A stretch of DNA of 37,744 nucleotides from contig JBEKAN010000003.1 of assembly GCA_050015895.1 (NCBI GenBank), forward strand, positions 1 to 37,744, read 5' to 3'. The DNA comes from Verrucomicrobiota bacterium (GTDB lineage: Bacteria > Verrucomicrobiota > Verrucomicrobiia > Limisphaerales > Palsa-1400). The notes below the pieces were generated by a model. It was not told where the DNA came from and ran no database searches. It saw only the letters and a list, made by a program, of their open reading frames with translations. Positions within the stretch are counted from its first letter, which is position 1. Each line of letters opens with the position of its first letter. The position numbers and the translations under genes are program-made. Positions 5,940 to 14,939 of the stretch are shown piece by piece.

Positions 5940-8159
5940 GTGAACCAAAAAGCTCGCACATGGCTGATTTGTCTGGCGCTGGCGACTGGCACGGCGCTTC
6001 TGTACGCGCCAGTGCTCCATTTCAGTTATGTGGCGCTGGACGACCAACTCTACTTCGACAATCATATTCTTCAGGGCTTCAGTTGGGCGGGACTGCGCTG
6101 GTGCTTCGCAACGACCCTCGGCAGCATGTGGCATCCCTTGACCTGGGTGTCGCACATGCTGGATTTCCAGTTCTTCGGCGCGCTGTTCGGGGGGCATCAT
6201 GCCACGAACGTGGCGCTGCACATTTTGAGCTCGGTAATGCTCTTTCTGCTGCTGCGCCGGATGACGGGGGCGATGTGGCGCAGCGCGATGGTGGCGGCCC
6301 TTTTCGCCTGGCATCCCCTGCATGTGGAGTCCGTCGCGTGGCTGGCGGAGCGCAAGGACGGGTTGAGCGCCTTCTTTTGGATGCTGACAATCTGGGCCTA
6401 CATCCGTTACGTGGAGGAAAACACCAAGAACATCCACGGATTACACCGATCATCTTCTCCTAATCCTAATCCGTCTTCATCCGTGCCATCCGTGAAATCC
6501 GTTCGCACCCTGGGTGCGCCTCCTGATATTGTGCTGGATGTAAAATCCGGTTCTTCCGCCGCTTTTTACATCCTGGCTCTGCTCTTTTTCGCGCTGGGCT
6601 TGATGGCCAAGCCGGTGCTGGTGACGATGCCGTTTGTTCTGCTGCTTTTGGATTGGTGGCCGCTGGGGCGGATGAGGGGAATGCAGAGCGATGAATGGAG
6701 AATGCAGAATGCGAATCGAGGAAGGGAGGGAAGCGATGCGGTTCCGTTTTGGGGGTTGGTGAGGGAGAAGATTCCGTTTTGCTTGCTGTCCATCGTTTTC
6801 TCCGTTCTGACGCTGGCTGCGTCCGCCCGGAACGCGGCGCCCCTGGCCATGCTTCCGCTCACGCTGCGCCTGGGCAATTGCGCGGTCAGCTATTTTCTTT
6901 ATGTGGCAAAGACGGTTTGGCCTGAAAACATGGTGGTGCTGTATCCCTTTGTGCCCCAATGGCCCGCGTGGCGGATCGGGGCGGCCAGCCTGTTTGTCGT
7001 CGTCGTCTCCGCGACGGCCCTGCGCCTGTGGAGGTCCCGGCCTTATTTCCTTCTGGGCTGGCTTTGGTATTTGGGGATTCTCGTCCCGGTCATCGGTTTG
7101 GTGCAAGTGGGCGTTGAACACATGGCAGACCGGTACAGCTATATCCCGTCCATCGGCTTGTTTGTCATATTTTGTTGGGGCGCTTCTGATCTTCTCGGCG
7201 GCTGGCGTCATGGAAAAATGATCTTGGGAGGGTTGGCTTGGGCGGTGCTGCTGGGCTGCGCCCTGGTTGCCGAAAACCAGCTCCAATACTGGAGAAACAG
7301 CGACACGCTTTTCATCCACAATCTGGAGGTGGCCCCGAACAGTTATGTGGCCCACGCCGCTTACGCGGCGTACTTCTATAACAACAGGCAAGTGGAAAAG
7401 GCCGCGGCCGAAAGTCAGAAAAGCATCCTCATCAAACCCGGCTACCCGTTTAGTCATACCGTGCTGGGCGAGTGCCTGTTGCAGCAAGGCAAGCCGGACC
7501 AGGCGGCCGCGCAATTCCAGATCGCACTCCAGGCCCAGCCCGCGGCGGAGGACGCCCGGCTCGGTTATGGGAACGCCCTGCTGGTCCAGAACTTGCCCGC
7601 CCAAGCCGCGCGACAATTCACCACCGTGCTTGCCGCCAACCCGGACAATCCGGAGGCGCATTTCTTGATGGGCCAGGCGTTGCTGAAACAGGGAGACTTG
7701 AGCGGGGCGCGCGCCCAATACAGCAAGGCGATGAGTCTGGTGAAACGCTACTCGGACGCGCAATTCCAACTGGCGGTGGTCCTGGCCAGGCAGGGGAACA
7801 TCCAGGAAGCCGTGAAGAATTATCGCGCGGCCAAGAGCGTGCCGCAGGGCGTGGAGGATTTCCTGGTGTTGAACAATCTGGCGTGGATCCTGGCGGCCAG
7901 TCCCCTTCCCGAATACCGGGACGGCTCGAAGGCGGTCGAACTGGCCACGCGCGCCCGCGACCTGGACCACTCGCGGCATCCGCTGGTCATTGGGACGCTG
8001 GCCGCCGCGTACGCCGAAGCGGGGCGATTTGACGAGGCGGTGGCCGCGGCGCGGCAGGCGCATGATCTGGCGCTGGCGCAGGGGGACCAGACAGTGGCGG
8101 CGCGCAACCTGGCCCTGCTGGAAATCTATCGTTCCCACCACGCCTACCATGAAAGGTGA
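5940..8159 (+). CDS. TMTC-like membrane glycosyltransferase with C-terminal TPRs (paralogue 2)
   Basis: LDD loop, WHPLHVESVAWLAERKD, MADRYSY and TPRs. Collinear with 3458-5770. Confidence 0.85.
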   Translation: MNQKARTWLICLALATGTALLYAPVLHFSYVALDDQLYFDNHILQGFSWAGLRWCFATTLGSMWHPLTWVSHMLDFQFFGALFGGHHATNVALHILSSVMLFLLLRRMTGAMWRSAMVAALFAWHPLHVESVAWLAERKDGLSAFFWMLTIWAYIRYVEENTKNIHGLHRSSSPNPNPSSSVPSVKSVRTLGAPPDIVLDVKSGSSAAFYILALLFFALGLMAKPVLVTMPFVLLLLDWWPLGRMRGMQSDEWRMQNANRGREGSDAVPFWGLVREKIPFCLLSIVFSVLTLAASARNAAPLAMLPLTLRLGNCAVSYFLYVAKTVWPENMVVLYPFVPQWPAWRIGAASLFVVVVSATALRLWRSRPYFLLGWLWYLGILVPVIGLVQVGVEHMADRYSYIPSIGLFVIFCWGASDLLGGWRHGKMILGGLAWAVLLGCALVAENQLQYWRNSDTLFIHNLEVAPNSYVAHAAYAAYFYNNRQVEKAAAESQKSILIKPGYPFSHTVLGECLLQQGKPDQAAAQFQIALQAQPAAEDARLGYGNALLVQNLPAQAARQFTTVLAANPDNPEAHFLMGQALLKQGDLSGARAQYSKAMSLVKRYSDAQFQLAVVLARQGNIQEAVKNYRAAKSVPQGVEDFLVLNNLAWILAASPLPEYRDGSKAVELATRARDLDHSRHPLVIGTLAAAYAEAGRFDEAVAAARQAHDLALAQGDQTVAARNLALLEIYRSHHAYHER
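6679..6713 (+). repeat. In-frame heptamer array (GAATGCA-type) x5
   Basis: gaatgca gagcgat gaatgga gaatgca gaatgcg, in the loop after DWWPL. Confidence 0.7.
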
Positions 8160-8254
8160 CAAATGCGGGGACGGGATGATTTGCCGTGAATTCCACGGAT
8201 ATAGCCATGCATTTGGGCTTTGAAACCGGCGCTTCGGAGTTTAACGTGTCCGCC

Positions 8255-8626
8255 ATGCTGCTGTTTCAAATCATTTTCAACCCGGTCAGCGCGGCGGAAC
8301 TGGCGAAGATGCCGCGGGAATTGCAGTTGCACATTCTGGGGGAGTTTCGCGGACTGCCGCAGGAGGTGCTCAAGAGCGACGCGCGGCATTTTGGAAAGCT
8401 GGAGCGCGCGGGCAAGACGCTGCATCGCTTCCGGCTGGGCGATTACCGCGTCTATTTCGAGCGGCACGAACTGGGCGTGGTGGTCCACCGCATCCTGAGC
8501 CGCAACACGTTGAAGGATTTTCTTTACCGGTCCAGCCTGCCAACCGGGGAGGATGAGGCGCTGCAGGAGAACCCGAAATTTTGGGAGATGATCGAGGCCG
8601 CGCGCAAGACCTCCGACGCGAGGTGA
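8255..8626 (+). CDS. RelE/ParE-fold toxin-like protein
   Basis: FQIIF...AAEL..L.....Q..I pattern and HRFRLGDYRVYF, typical of the RelE superfamily. Start at ATG 8255. Confidence 0.7.
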   Translation: MLLFQIIFNPVSAAELAKMPRELQLHILGEFRGLPQEVLKSDARHFGKLERAGKTLHRFRLGDYRVYFERHELGVVVHRILSRNTLKDFLYRSSLPTGEDEALQENPKFWEMIEAARKTSDAR

Positions 8627-8644
8627 TTCTGCGCAAGGGCGGGG

Positions 8645-9265
8645 TCAGCCGGTGTCCTCGCCCAGTTCCACGTTCCAGTAGGCCAGGTCCAGAAAGTGTT
8701 TCCAACTGTCGTGATGGGGCAAACCGAGATTGACCTGGACGAAGGGGCGCCATTTGGGCCGCTTGGGTTTGCGCACCAGGTGCATGCCGGCCTCCTGCGG
8801 CGTCGAGTTGGCCTTTTGCGTGTTGCAGCGGATGCAGGAGCACACGATGTTCTCCCAAGTCGTCGGGCCGCCGCGGTCGCGCGGAATCACGTGGTCCAGG
8901 TTCAAGTCCTTGCGCTCGAACACCTGCCCGCAGTATTGACACGTGTTGCGGTCGCGCTCGAAAATGTTGTGACGGGTGAACTTCACCTCCTTTTTGGGAA
9001 GGCGGTCGAACATGACCAGGAGGATGACACGCGGGACGCGGATCCGAAAGGAGACCGTCGCAATGGTTTCCGCGTGGGGCTTCTGGGCGGATAAATCGCG
9101 CCATTGGCTGAAGCTGAAGGTCTGGAACGCGCCCTCCTCGTCGCTCAGGACCACCTGGGCGTGGCCCTCGAAGAGAAGGGTCAGGGCGCGGCGGGCGGTG
9201 CAGATGTTCACCGCCTGCCAGAGGCGGTTGAGCACCAGGACATGCTGGTTGAGAAACGTACTCAT
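8645..9265 (-). CDS. HNH endonuclease (McrA-like)
   Basis: VLVLN N-terminus; [39 protein letters not shown]. Start at ATG 9265. Confidence 0.92.
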   Translation of the reverse strand: MSTFLNQHVLVLNRLWQAVNICTARRALTLLFEGHAQVVLSDEEGAFQTFSFSQWRDLSAQKPHAETIATVSFRIRVPRVILLVMFDRLPKKEVKFTRHNIFERDRNTCQYCGQVFERKDLNLDHVIPRDRGGPTTWENIVCSCIRCNTQKANSTPQEAGMHLVRKPKRPKWRPFVQVNLGLPHHDSWKHFLDLAYWNVELGEDTG

Positions 9266-9314
9266 AACTTTACGAGCGGGGGAAGAGTAATTAAGATCAG
9301 GATGAAAATCAAGT

Positions 9315-10514
9315 ATGAAGCATGAGTTTGACTCCATTGAATCGGTCGTGGCCGACTTGCGCAAAGGGCGCATGGTGGTGGTGGTGGACGACGCGGACCG
9401 GGAGAATGAGGGCGACCTGATCATGGCCGCCGAGCACGTCACGGCGCCGGCGGTCAATTTCATGGCCAAGCACGGGCGGGGCCTGATTTGTGTCCCCACC
9501 ACCTACGAGCGCCTCAAACAATTGGGGATCGAAGAGATGGTGACGCAGAGCGCGGACAATTTCCGCACGGATTTCCAGGTCAGCGTGGACGCCGCGCGCG
9601 GGGTGACCACCGGCATCAGCGCCGCCGACCGCGCGCAGACGATCAAAGTGATGGCCAGCCCGACGGCGGTGCCGGACGATTTGGCGCAACCCGGCCATGT
9701 GTTTCCTCTGCGGGCCAAACCGGGGGGGGTGCTGCAACGGGCGGGCCACACCGAGGCGACGGTGGATTTGGTCAAGCTGGCGGGGTCGCGGCCCATGGGC
9801 GTGTGCTGCGAGATCATGAGCGAGGACGGCTCCATGGCGCGGCTGCCGGAATTGAAACAATTCGCCCGCGCGCACAAGCTCAAGATTTGCACGGTGGAAG
9901 ACCTGATTCATCACCGCCGCAGCCGGGAGAAACTGGTGGAGCGGGTGGAAGTGGTCAGGTTGCCGACGGCGTACGGGGATTTTGACCTCCACTTGTACCT
10001 CTCCCACACCGACGGCCAGCACCATCTGGCGCTGGTGCGGGGGCGGGTGGCGGGTGGGAAAAATGTGCTGGTGCGCGTCCACAGCGAGTGCCTGACCGGG
10101 GACGTGTTCGGGTCGCGGCGCTGCGATTGCGGGCCGCAACTCCACCAGGCTATGCGGCAGATCGCCGAAGCCGGGCGCGGGGTGGTGGTCTATATGCGCC
10201 AGGAGGGCCGGGGCATCGGGCTGGCGTCCAAGATCAAGGCTTACAAATTGCAGGAGCGCGGCTACGACACGGTCGAGGCGAACCTCAAACTGGGCTATGG
10301 CCAGGACTTGCGCGAATACGGGCTGGGCGCGCAAATCCTGGTGGACCTGGGGTTGAAGACCATTTGTCTGCTGACCAACAACCCCAAGAAAGTCGTCGGC
10401 CTGGAGGGCTACGGGCTGGAGATCGTCCGGCAGCTTCCCATCAAGATCCGGCCCAATCCGCACAACCAAAAATATCTCACCACCAAGCGCGACAAGCTGG
10501 GGCATTTGTTGTAG
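9315..10514 (+). CDS. ribBA: Bifunctional 3,4-dihydroxy-2-butanone-4-phosphate synthase / GTP cyclohydrolase II
   Basis: [10 protein letters not shown] and RAGHTEA (RibB); [21 protein letters not shown] and QEGRGIGL (RibA). Confidence 0.97.
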   Translation: MKHEFDSIESVVADLRKGRMVVVVDDADRENEGDLIMAAEHVTAPAVNFMAKHGRGLICVPTTYERLKQLGIEEMVTQSADNFRTDFQVSVDAARGVTTGISAADRAQTIKVMASPTAVPDDLAQPGHVFPLRAKPGGVLQRAGHTEATVDLVKLAGSRPMGVCCEIMSEDGSMARLPELKQFARAHKLKICTVEDLIHHRRSREKLVERVEVVRLPTAYGDFDLHLYLSHTDGQHHLALVRGRVAGGKNVLVRVHSECLTGDVFGSRRCDCGPQLHQAMRQIAEAGRGVVVYMRQEGRGIGLASKIKAYKLQERGYDTVEANLKLGYGQDLREYGLGAQILVDLGLKTICLLTNNPKKVVGLEGYGLEIVRQLPIKIRPNPHNQKYLTTKRDKLGHLL

Positions 10515-10535
10515 CATGCCAGCCGCCATCTATTC

Positions 10536-11033
10536 ATGTTGACACCGGTGAAAAAACGGGGGCGGAGCGCGCGGGGCGCCGCGTTTGCGATTGTCGCGTC
10601 GCGTTACAACGCGCGCTACGCCGACGGGATGCTCGCGGCGGCCGTGCGCGAACTGAGGCGGGCGCGGGCGGGGAGGATCGAGGTGGTGCGCGTGCCGGGG
10701 GCGTACGAGATTCCGGTGGTCGCCGCCCGCCTTCTGCGGGGCGGGGCCGGGTTCGCTGGGGTCATTTGTCTGGGCGTGATCATTCGAGGCGAGACGGCGC
10801 ACGCCGGGCAGATTGGCTCGGCCGTGAGCGCGTCGCTGGCGCGGTTGCAAATCGAGCATGGCGTGCCTGTGATCCATGAGGTTCTGCTGCTGGAAAACGA
10901 GGCGCAGGCGCGCGCGCGCTGCCTGGGCGGGACGCACAACCGCGGGGCCGAAGCGGCGCGGACGGCGCTCGAAATGGCGCGGGTGATGGCGTCGCTGGAG
11001 CGCAAAATGAGGGGCGCCTGGCGCGGAATCTGA
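10536..11033 (+). CDS. ribH: 6,7-dimethyl-8-ribityllumazine synthase
   Basis: IVASRYN, VPGAYEIP and CLGVIIRGETAH motifs; follows ribBA. Confidence 0.93.
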   Translation: MLTPVKKRGRSARGAAFAIVASRYNARYADGMLAAAVRELRRARAGRIEVVRVPGAYEIPVVAARLLRGGAGFAGVICLGVIIRGETAHAGQIGSAVSASLARLQIEHGVPVIHEVLLLENEAQARARCLGGTHNRGAEAARTALEMARVMASLERKMRGAWRGI

Positions 11034-11171
11034 ATTGATTCCGACTTGGAGAATTTCATTTTGGTGGGAGATTTTGCTTGCGCCTGCCCCCAAACATATT
11101 AGAATAAATGACGAGTTGAATTAGCTCGTTTGTCCTTTGTCCTGACGAAAATCAAAGAAAGGATGCCGAAT

Positions 11172-11750
11172 ATGAAGGCGAAATTGAACTTCTCGTGTTT
11201 TGCCCTGGTGGCCGCCGTCGGATTGGCCGCGGGCAGCCTCCAGGCCCAAGTCTCCGCCACAGGGACGATTTCGGGCGCGCTGGTGGGCGGCCTTTATGAT
11301 TACACCTTGATCGTCAACAACACAGGTTCCGTTCCCATTGAGGGTTTTTGGTATGGCTGGACCGGCAGCGGCAACAACCTGCCATCGGACCCAAGCAGCT
11401 TCGCCTCCGCTTCCGGCTGGTCGGCTTCGTTATTTTTCGGCACTTCCATCCAATTCCAAGGCAACGCCGGGGACGCGATCCCGGTGGGTGGCTCGGGAAC
11501 GTTCACGTTCGACAGCACTTCTGATCCGACGGCCATGACCACACCACCGGTTGGCGAATCTGTCGTTTACGCCGGCACGATAGGTTTCAGCGTGGGTGAG
11601 CCGTCGAGCGAGCAGTTTGATCCGACCCTGTCGGCCGTCCCCGAACCTTCCACTTTCGGACTGGTCATTGCCGGTTCGCTTGGTTTGCTGGCTCGCTGGA
11701 AAGGAACCGCGTTTGGGGCGAAAAAAGCAGCCGCGGCGGCGGGCGGCTGA
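11172..11750 (+). CDS. PEP-CTERM sorting domain protein
   Basis: Signal peptide, Ser/Thr/Gly-rich body, and VPEPSTFGLVIAGSLGLLARWK. AAAGGA RBS upstream of ATG 11172. Confidence 0.92.
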   Translation: MKAKLNFSCFALVAAVGLAAGSLQAQVSATGTISGALVGGLYDYTLIVNNTGSVPIEGFWYGWTGSGNNLPSDPSSFASASGWSASLFFGTSIQFQGNAGDAIPVGGSGTFTFDSTSDPTAMTTPPVGESVVYAGTIGFSVGEPSSEQFDPTLSAVPEPSTFGLVIAGSLGLLARWKGTAFGAKKAAAAAGG

Positions 11751-11900
11751 TGGTCATGCTGTTTTAAGCCATTGGCAAACAAAGGGTTGGGCATCGGGCC
11801 GGGATGGGATTGTAAAAAGTTTGACAAAGAACTTGCATTGCGGGTTTTCAGTGGTATTTTGTCTCTCCGAGTCAACTGAGTTGACCGAAACTCCGAATCT

Positions 11901-12623
11901 ATGAGGAAATCTATATTGATTTTTGCGGTTGCGGCGCTGGCAGGCTGGTTTCAGGCCGCGCGGGCGGCGGATGTGACTGGAAAAGTGACGCTCAAAGGAA
12001 CGCCCCCGGCGGAAAAGACGATTGATTTCAGCGCCAATACGGATTGCGGCAACCTGCACCCGACGGTGACCACGACGCGCTGGTATCTTGTGGGCAAGGA
12101 CAACGGGTTGAAGGATGTGTTTGTCTATATCTCCAAAGGATGCGAAGGGAAAACCTACCCGATCCCGGCGGAGCCGGTGGTTCTGGACCAGGTGAAATGC
12201 GCCTACCAGCCTTATGTGCTGGGCGTGATGGCCGGGCAGAAGCTGCAGGTGAGGAATTCCGACCCGATCCTGCACAACGTCCACGCGACCCCCAAAGTCG
12301 CCGGCAACGAGGAGTTCAACATTCCACAGGCCAACCAGGGGCAGGTGAACGAGAAGATATTCTCCAAGCCGGAAGTGATGGTGAGATTCAAATGCGATGT
12401 CCACCAATGGATGTTCGCCTACGTGGGCGTGGTGGACAACCCGTTTTTCGCCGTGACCGACGCGGACGGCAATTTCAAAATCCCCAACCTGCCGCCCGGC
12501 GACTACACGCTGACAGCCTACCACGTCAAAGCGCACGGCGGCGCGCCGGGGACTTCCCAGGCGATCAAGGTCGTGGGAGACAGTCCGGTGGTGGCCAATT
12601 TCACGGTGGAGGTCCCGCAGTAG
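11901..12623 (+). CDS. Secreted cupredoxin-like / carboxypeptidase-regulatory-like domain protein
   Basis: Signal peptide; LDQVKCAYQP, NSDPILHNVH, KCDVHQWM (Cu-ligand-like H, C, H, M); VTDADGNFKIPNLPPGDYTL. Confidence 0.75.
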   Translation: MRKSILIFAVAALAGWFQAARAADVTGKVTLKGTPPAEKTIDFSANTDCGNLHPTVTTTRWYLVGKDNGLKDVFVYISKGCEGKTYPIPAEPVVLDQVKCAYQPYVLGVMAGQKLQVRNSDPILHNVHATPKVAGNEEFNIPQANQGQVNEKIFSKPEVMVRFKCDVHQWMFAYVGVVDNPFFAVTDADGNFKIPNLPPGDYTLTAYHVKAHGGAPGTSQAIKVVGDSPVVANFTVEVPQ

Positions 12624-13913
12624 ATGGGACGGCGAGACGCGTTGCAAATCCCTTCTTCATTGGAATCCTTGAGCACCCCGGGCGACAACGCCGCGTTGCG
12701 GCGTTTTGCGTTTTTGACGGCGGCGGCGACTTTTGTGCTGGTGTGGGCGGGTGGGTTGGTGACGAGTCATGAGGCGGGACTATCAGTGCCGGACTGGCCG
12801 AACTCGTACGGGTACAACATGTTTTTCTTTCCGTTTTCCAAATGGATGGGCGGCATTTTTTACGAGCACACCCACCGGCTGATCGGTTCGGTGGTGGGCC
12901 TTCTGACCACGATTCTGGCCCTGTGGCTCTTCGGGCGCAATTCGCGGCCGCTGTTGCGCTGGGGCGGCATCGTTCTCTTTCTGGCCGGCGCGGTGTGCCA
13001 GGTGATATTCCTTTTGCTCGCGGGCGCGGTGCCCCCGGTGACATTCCCCGGCACGGCTGACAACATTCTTCTGGCGGGCGTCGGGCTGGCGGCGCTGGGG
13101 GCGGCATTTGTCTGGCCCAGTTGCGGGCCGTCGGCCAAGTGGCTGCGGACCCTGGGGGTGGTCGCCTTTGCCGCAGTGGTGGCGCAAGGGGTTCTGGGCG
13201 GATTGCGTGTGACGCAGTTGGACGCGCGACTTGGGATTTTCCACGCCACGCTGGCGCAATTGTTTTTTGTGCTCGTGTCGGCGATTGCGCTTTTCCACAC
13301 GGAATTCTGGCGCAAACTTCCGGCGCGGGCGGGGGTGGATCAGAAGGGTTTGCGGTTCCTGTTTCTGACGGCCTCGGCTTTGATTTTAGGGCAGCTCATC
13401 CTGGGCGCCACCATGCGCCATCAACATGCCGGGCTGGCCATACCGGATTTTCCCGCCGCCTACGGCAAAATCTGGCCGGACACCGACGCGGCCTCGGTGC
13501 TCAAATACAACCAGCATCGGATGGATGTGGAGGGCTACGAGCCGATCACCGCGCCGCAAATCGTGCTGCAAATGGCCCATCGGACGATGGCGCTGGTCAT
13601 TTTTGTGATGGTGGGGATTTGCGCGTGGCTGGCGCGGCGGCGGCTTGGCGGGCGGGACCGCCTCAGCCGGCTGGCGTTGGGCTGGTTTCTGCTGATCGTG
13701 GCGCAGATCTTTCTGGGGGCGGCAACGGTGTGGACGGGAAAAATGGCGGACATCGCCACCGCGCACGTGGCCTGCGGGGCGCTGAGCCTGATGACGGGCG
13801 GCCTGATAACAATACTTTCGTTCCGTCTGCTGGCCGCTCCGGCCGCGCAAACCAGTCCGGCGCAAAAAAATCAACTGACGACGTTGCGCCCCTCGTCGAG
13901 CCTGTCACCATGA
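12624..13913 (+). CDS. ctaA: Heme A synthase (COX15/CtaA family)
   Basis: GGLVT....GLSVPDWP, EHTHR, QGVLGG, second-half QMAHR and further His ligands; adjacent to ctaB. Exact start uncertain. Confidence 0.85.
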   Translation: MGRRDALQIPSSLESLSTPGDNAALRRFAFLTAAATFVLVWAGGLVTSHEAGLSVPDWPNSYGYNMFFFPFSKWMGGIFYEHTHRLIGSVVGLLTTILALWLFGRNSRPLLRWGGIVLFLAGAVCQVIFLLLAGAVPPVTFPGTADNILLAGVGLAALGAAFVWPSCGPSAKWLRTLGVVAFAAVVAQGVLGGLRVTQLDARLGIFHATLAQLFFVLVSAIALFHTEFWRKLPARAGVDQKGLRFLFLTASALILGQLILGATMRHQHAGLAIPDFPAAYGKIWPDTDAASVLKYNQHRMDVEGYEPITAPQIVLQMAHRTMALVIFVMVGICAWLARRRLGGRDRLSRLALGWFLLIVAQIFLGAATVWTGKMADIATAHVACGALSLMTGGLITILSFRLLAAPAAQTSPAQKNQLTTLRPSSSLSP

Positions 13914-13920
13914 TTTTTTG

Positions 13921-14844
13921 ATGAAAGCAACCGCACAGACCCTGACAGTGGCGCCCGCGATTGAAAAAGCGCGGACGGCGGAGAAATCGCCTTCGGCGGT
14001 GCTCAGCGAGTTGTTCAAGGCGCGGCTCACGACGCTGGTGCTCTTGACCACGCTGGTCGGTTTTTACCTCGGCTGGCGCGGGCCGATGGCCTACGGGCTG
14101 TTGATGCACACCGTTGCCGGCACCGCGCTGCTGGCGGCGGGGGCGGCGGCCCTGAACCAACTGCTGGAACGGGAGCAGGACGCCAAAATGCGCCGCACTC
14201 AGGATCGTCCCCTCCCGTCGGGCCGGATGACGCCGGAGGCGGTGCTCATCCTCGGCGGGGTTTGCGCGGGGGCGGGGTTGGTGTGGCTGGCGGTCGCGGT
14301 CAATCTGCTGACCGCGTTGCTGGGGGCCTTGACGCTGGGGAGTTATTTGTTCGTCTATACCCCGCTCAAACGGGTGACGACATTGAACACGGCCGTCGGG
14401 GCGATTCCCGGGGCGCTGCCTCCGCTGATGGGCTGGACGGCGGCGCGCGGGGCGGTGACGGGGGAGGGGTGGTCGCTCTTCGCCATTTTGTTTTTCTGGC
14501 AACTGCCCCATTTTCTGGCGATCGCCTGGATGTACCGGGAGGACTATGAGAGGGCGGGATTTGTGATGCTGCCGGTGGTGGACCCGACGGGCGGGCGCAC
14601 GGGGCGGCAGGCCCTGAGCCACACGCTGGGACTGCTGCTGGTGAGTCTGTGCCCCTTTTTGTTCGGGCTGGTGGGGCGGGTGTGCCTGGCGGGGGCGCTG
14701 GCGCTGGGGGCGGCGTTTGTGTGGTTCGCGTTCCAATTCTCGCGGCGGATCAGCGCGGCCGCGGCGCGGCGGTTGTTTTATGTTTCGATTCTCTACTTGC
14801 CATTATTACTTATGCTAATGGTACTGGACAAAACCGGCCGGTGA
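13921..14844 (+). CDS. ctaB: Protoheme IX farnesyltransferase (heme O synthase)
   Basis: NQLLEREQDAKMRRTQDRPLPSG, YTPLKR and WQLPHFLAIAWMYREDY. Confidence 0.96.
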   Translation: MKATAQTLTVAPAIEKARTAEKSPSAVLSELFKARLTTLVLLTTLVGFYLGWRGPMAYGLLMHTVAGTALLAAGAAALNQLLEREQDAKMRRTQDRPLPSGRMTPEAVLILGGVCAGAGLVWLAVAVNLLTALLGALTLGSYLFVYTPLKRVTTLNTAVGAIPGALPPLMGWTAARGAVTGEGWSLFAILFFWQLPHFLAIAWMYREDYERAGFVMLPVVDPTGGRTGRQALSHTLGLLLVSLCPFLFGLVGRVCLAGALALGAAFVWFAFQFSRRISAAAARRLFYVSILYLPLLLMLMVLDKTGR

Positions 14845-14866
14845 TAAGAGCGGATGATTTTTCCCA

Positions 14867-14894
14867 TTGACCCAATGCTGAATTGAAGTATATT
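14867..14894 (+). promoter_or_regulatory. Putative sigma70 promoter for the oxidase structural genes
   Basis: TTGACC-16 bp-TATATT in the AT-rich spacer before ATG 14940. Confidence 0.55.
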
Positions 14895-14939
14895 CGTATT
14901 TGCATAAATTGCTTTTGAGAAAGCAAGATTAACAAATCC

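Noticed and set aside
3225-8159. Genomic island integrated at tRNA-Glu
   Set aside because: No integrase, and I saw no duplicated tRNA 3' end in the window. Downstream genes have host-like composition.
3458-8159. Diversity-generating retroelement (near-identical tracts plus an Avd-like fold fragment)
   Set aside because: No reverse transcriptase. Differences between the tracts are not adenine-specific, and both copies lie mid-gene in paralogues.
9266-9314. FMN riboswitch upstream of ribBA
   Set aside because: Only 49 bp separate ribBA from the divergent HNH gene, and no RFN consensus is visible.
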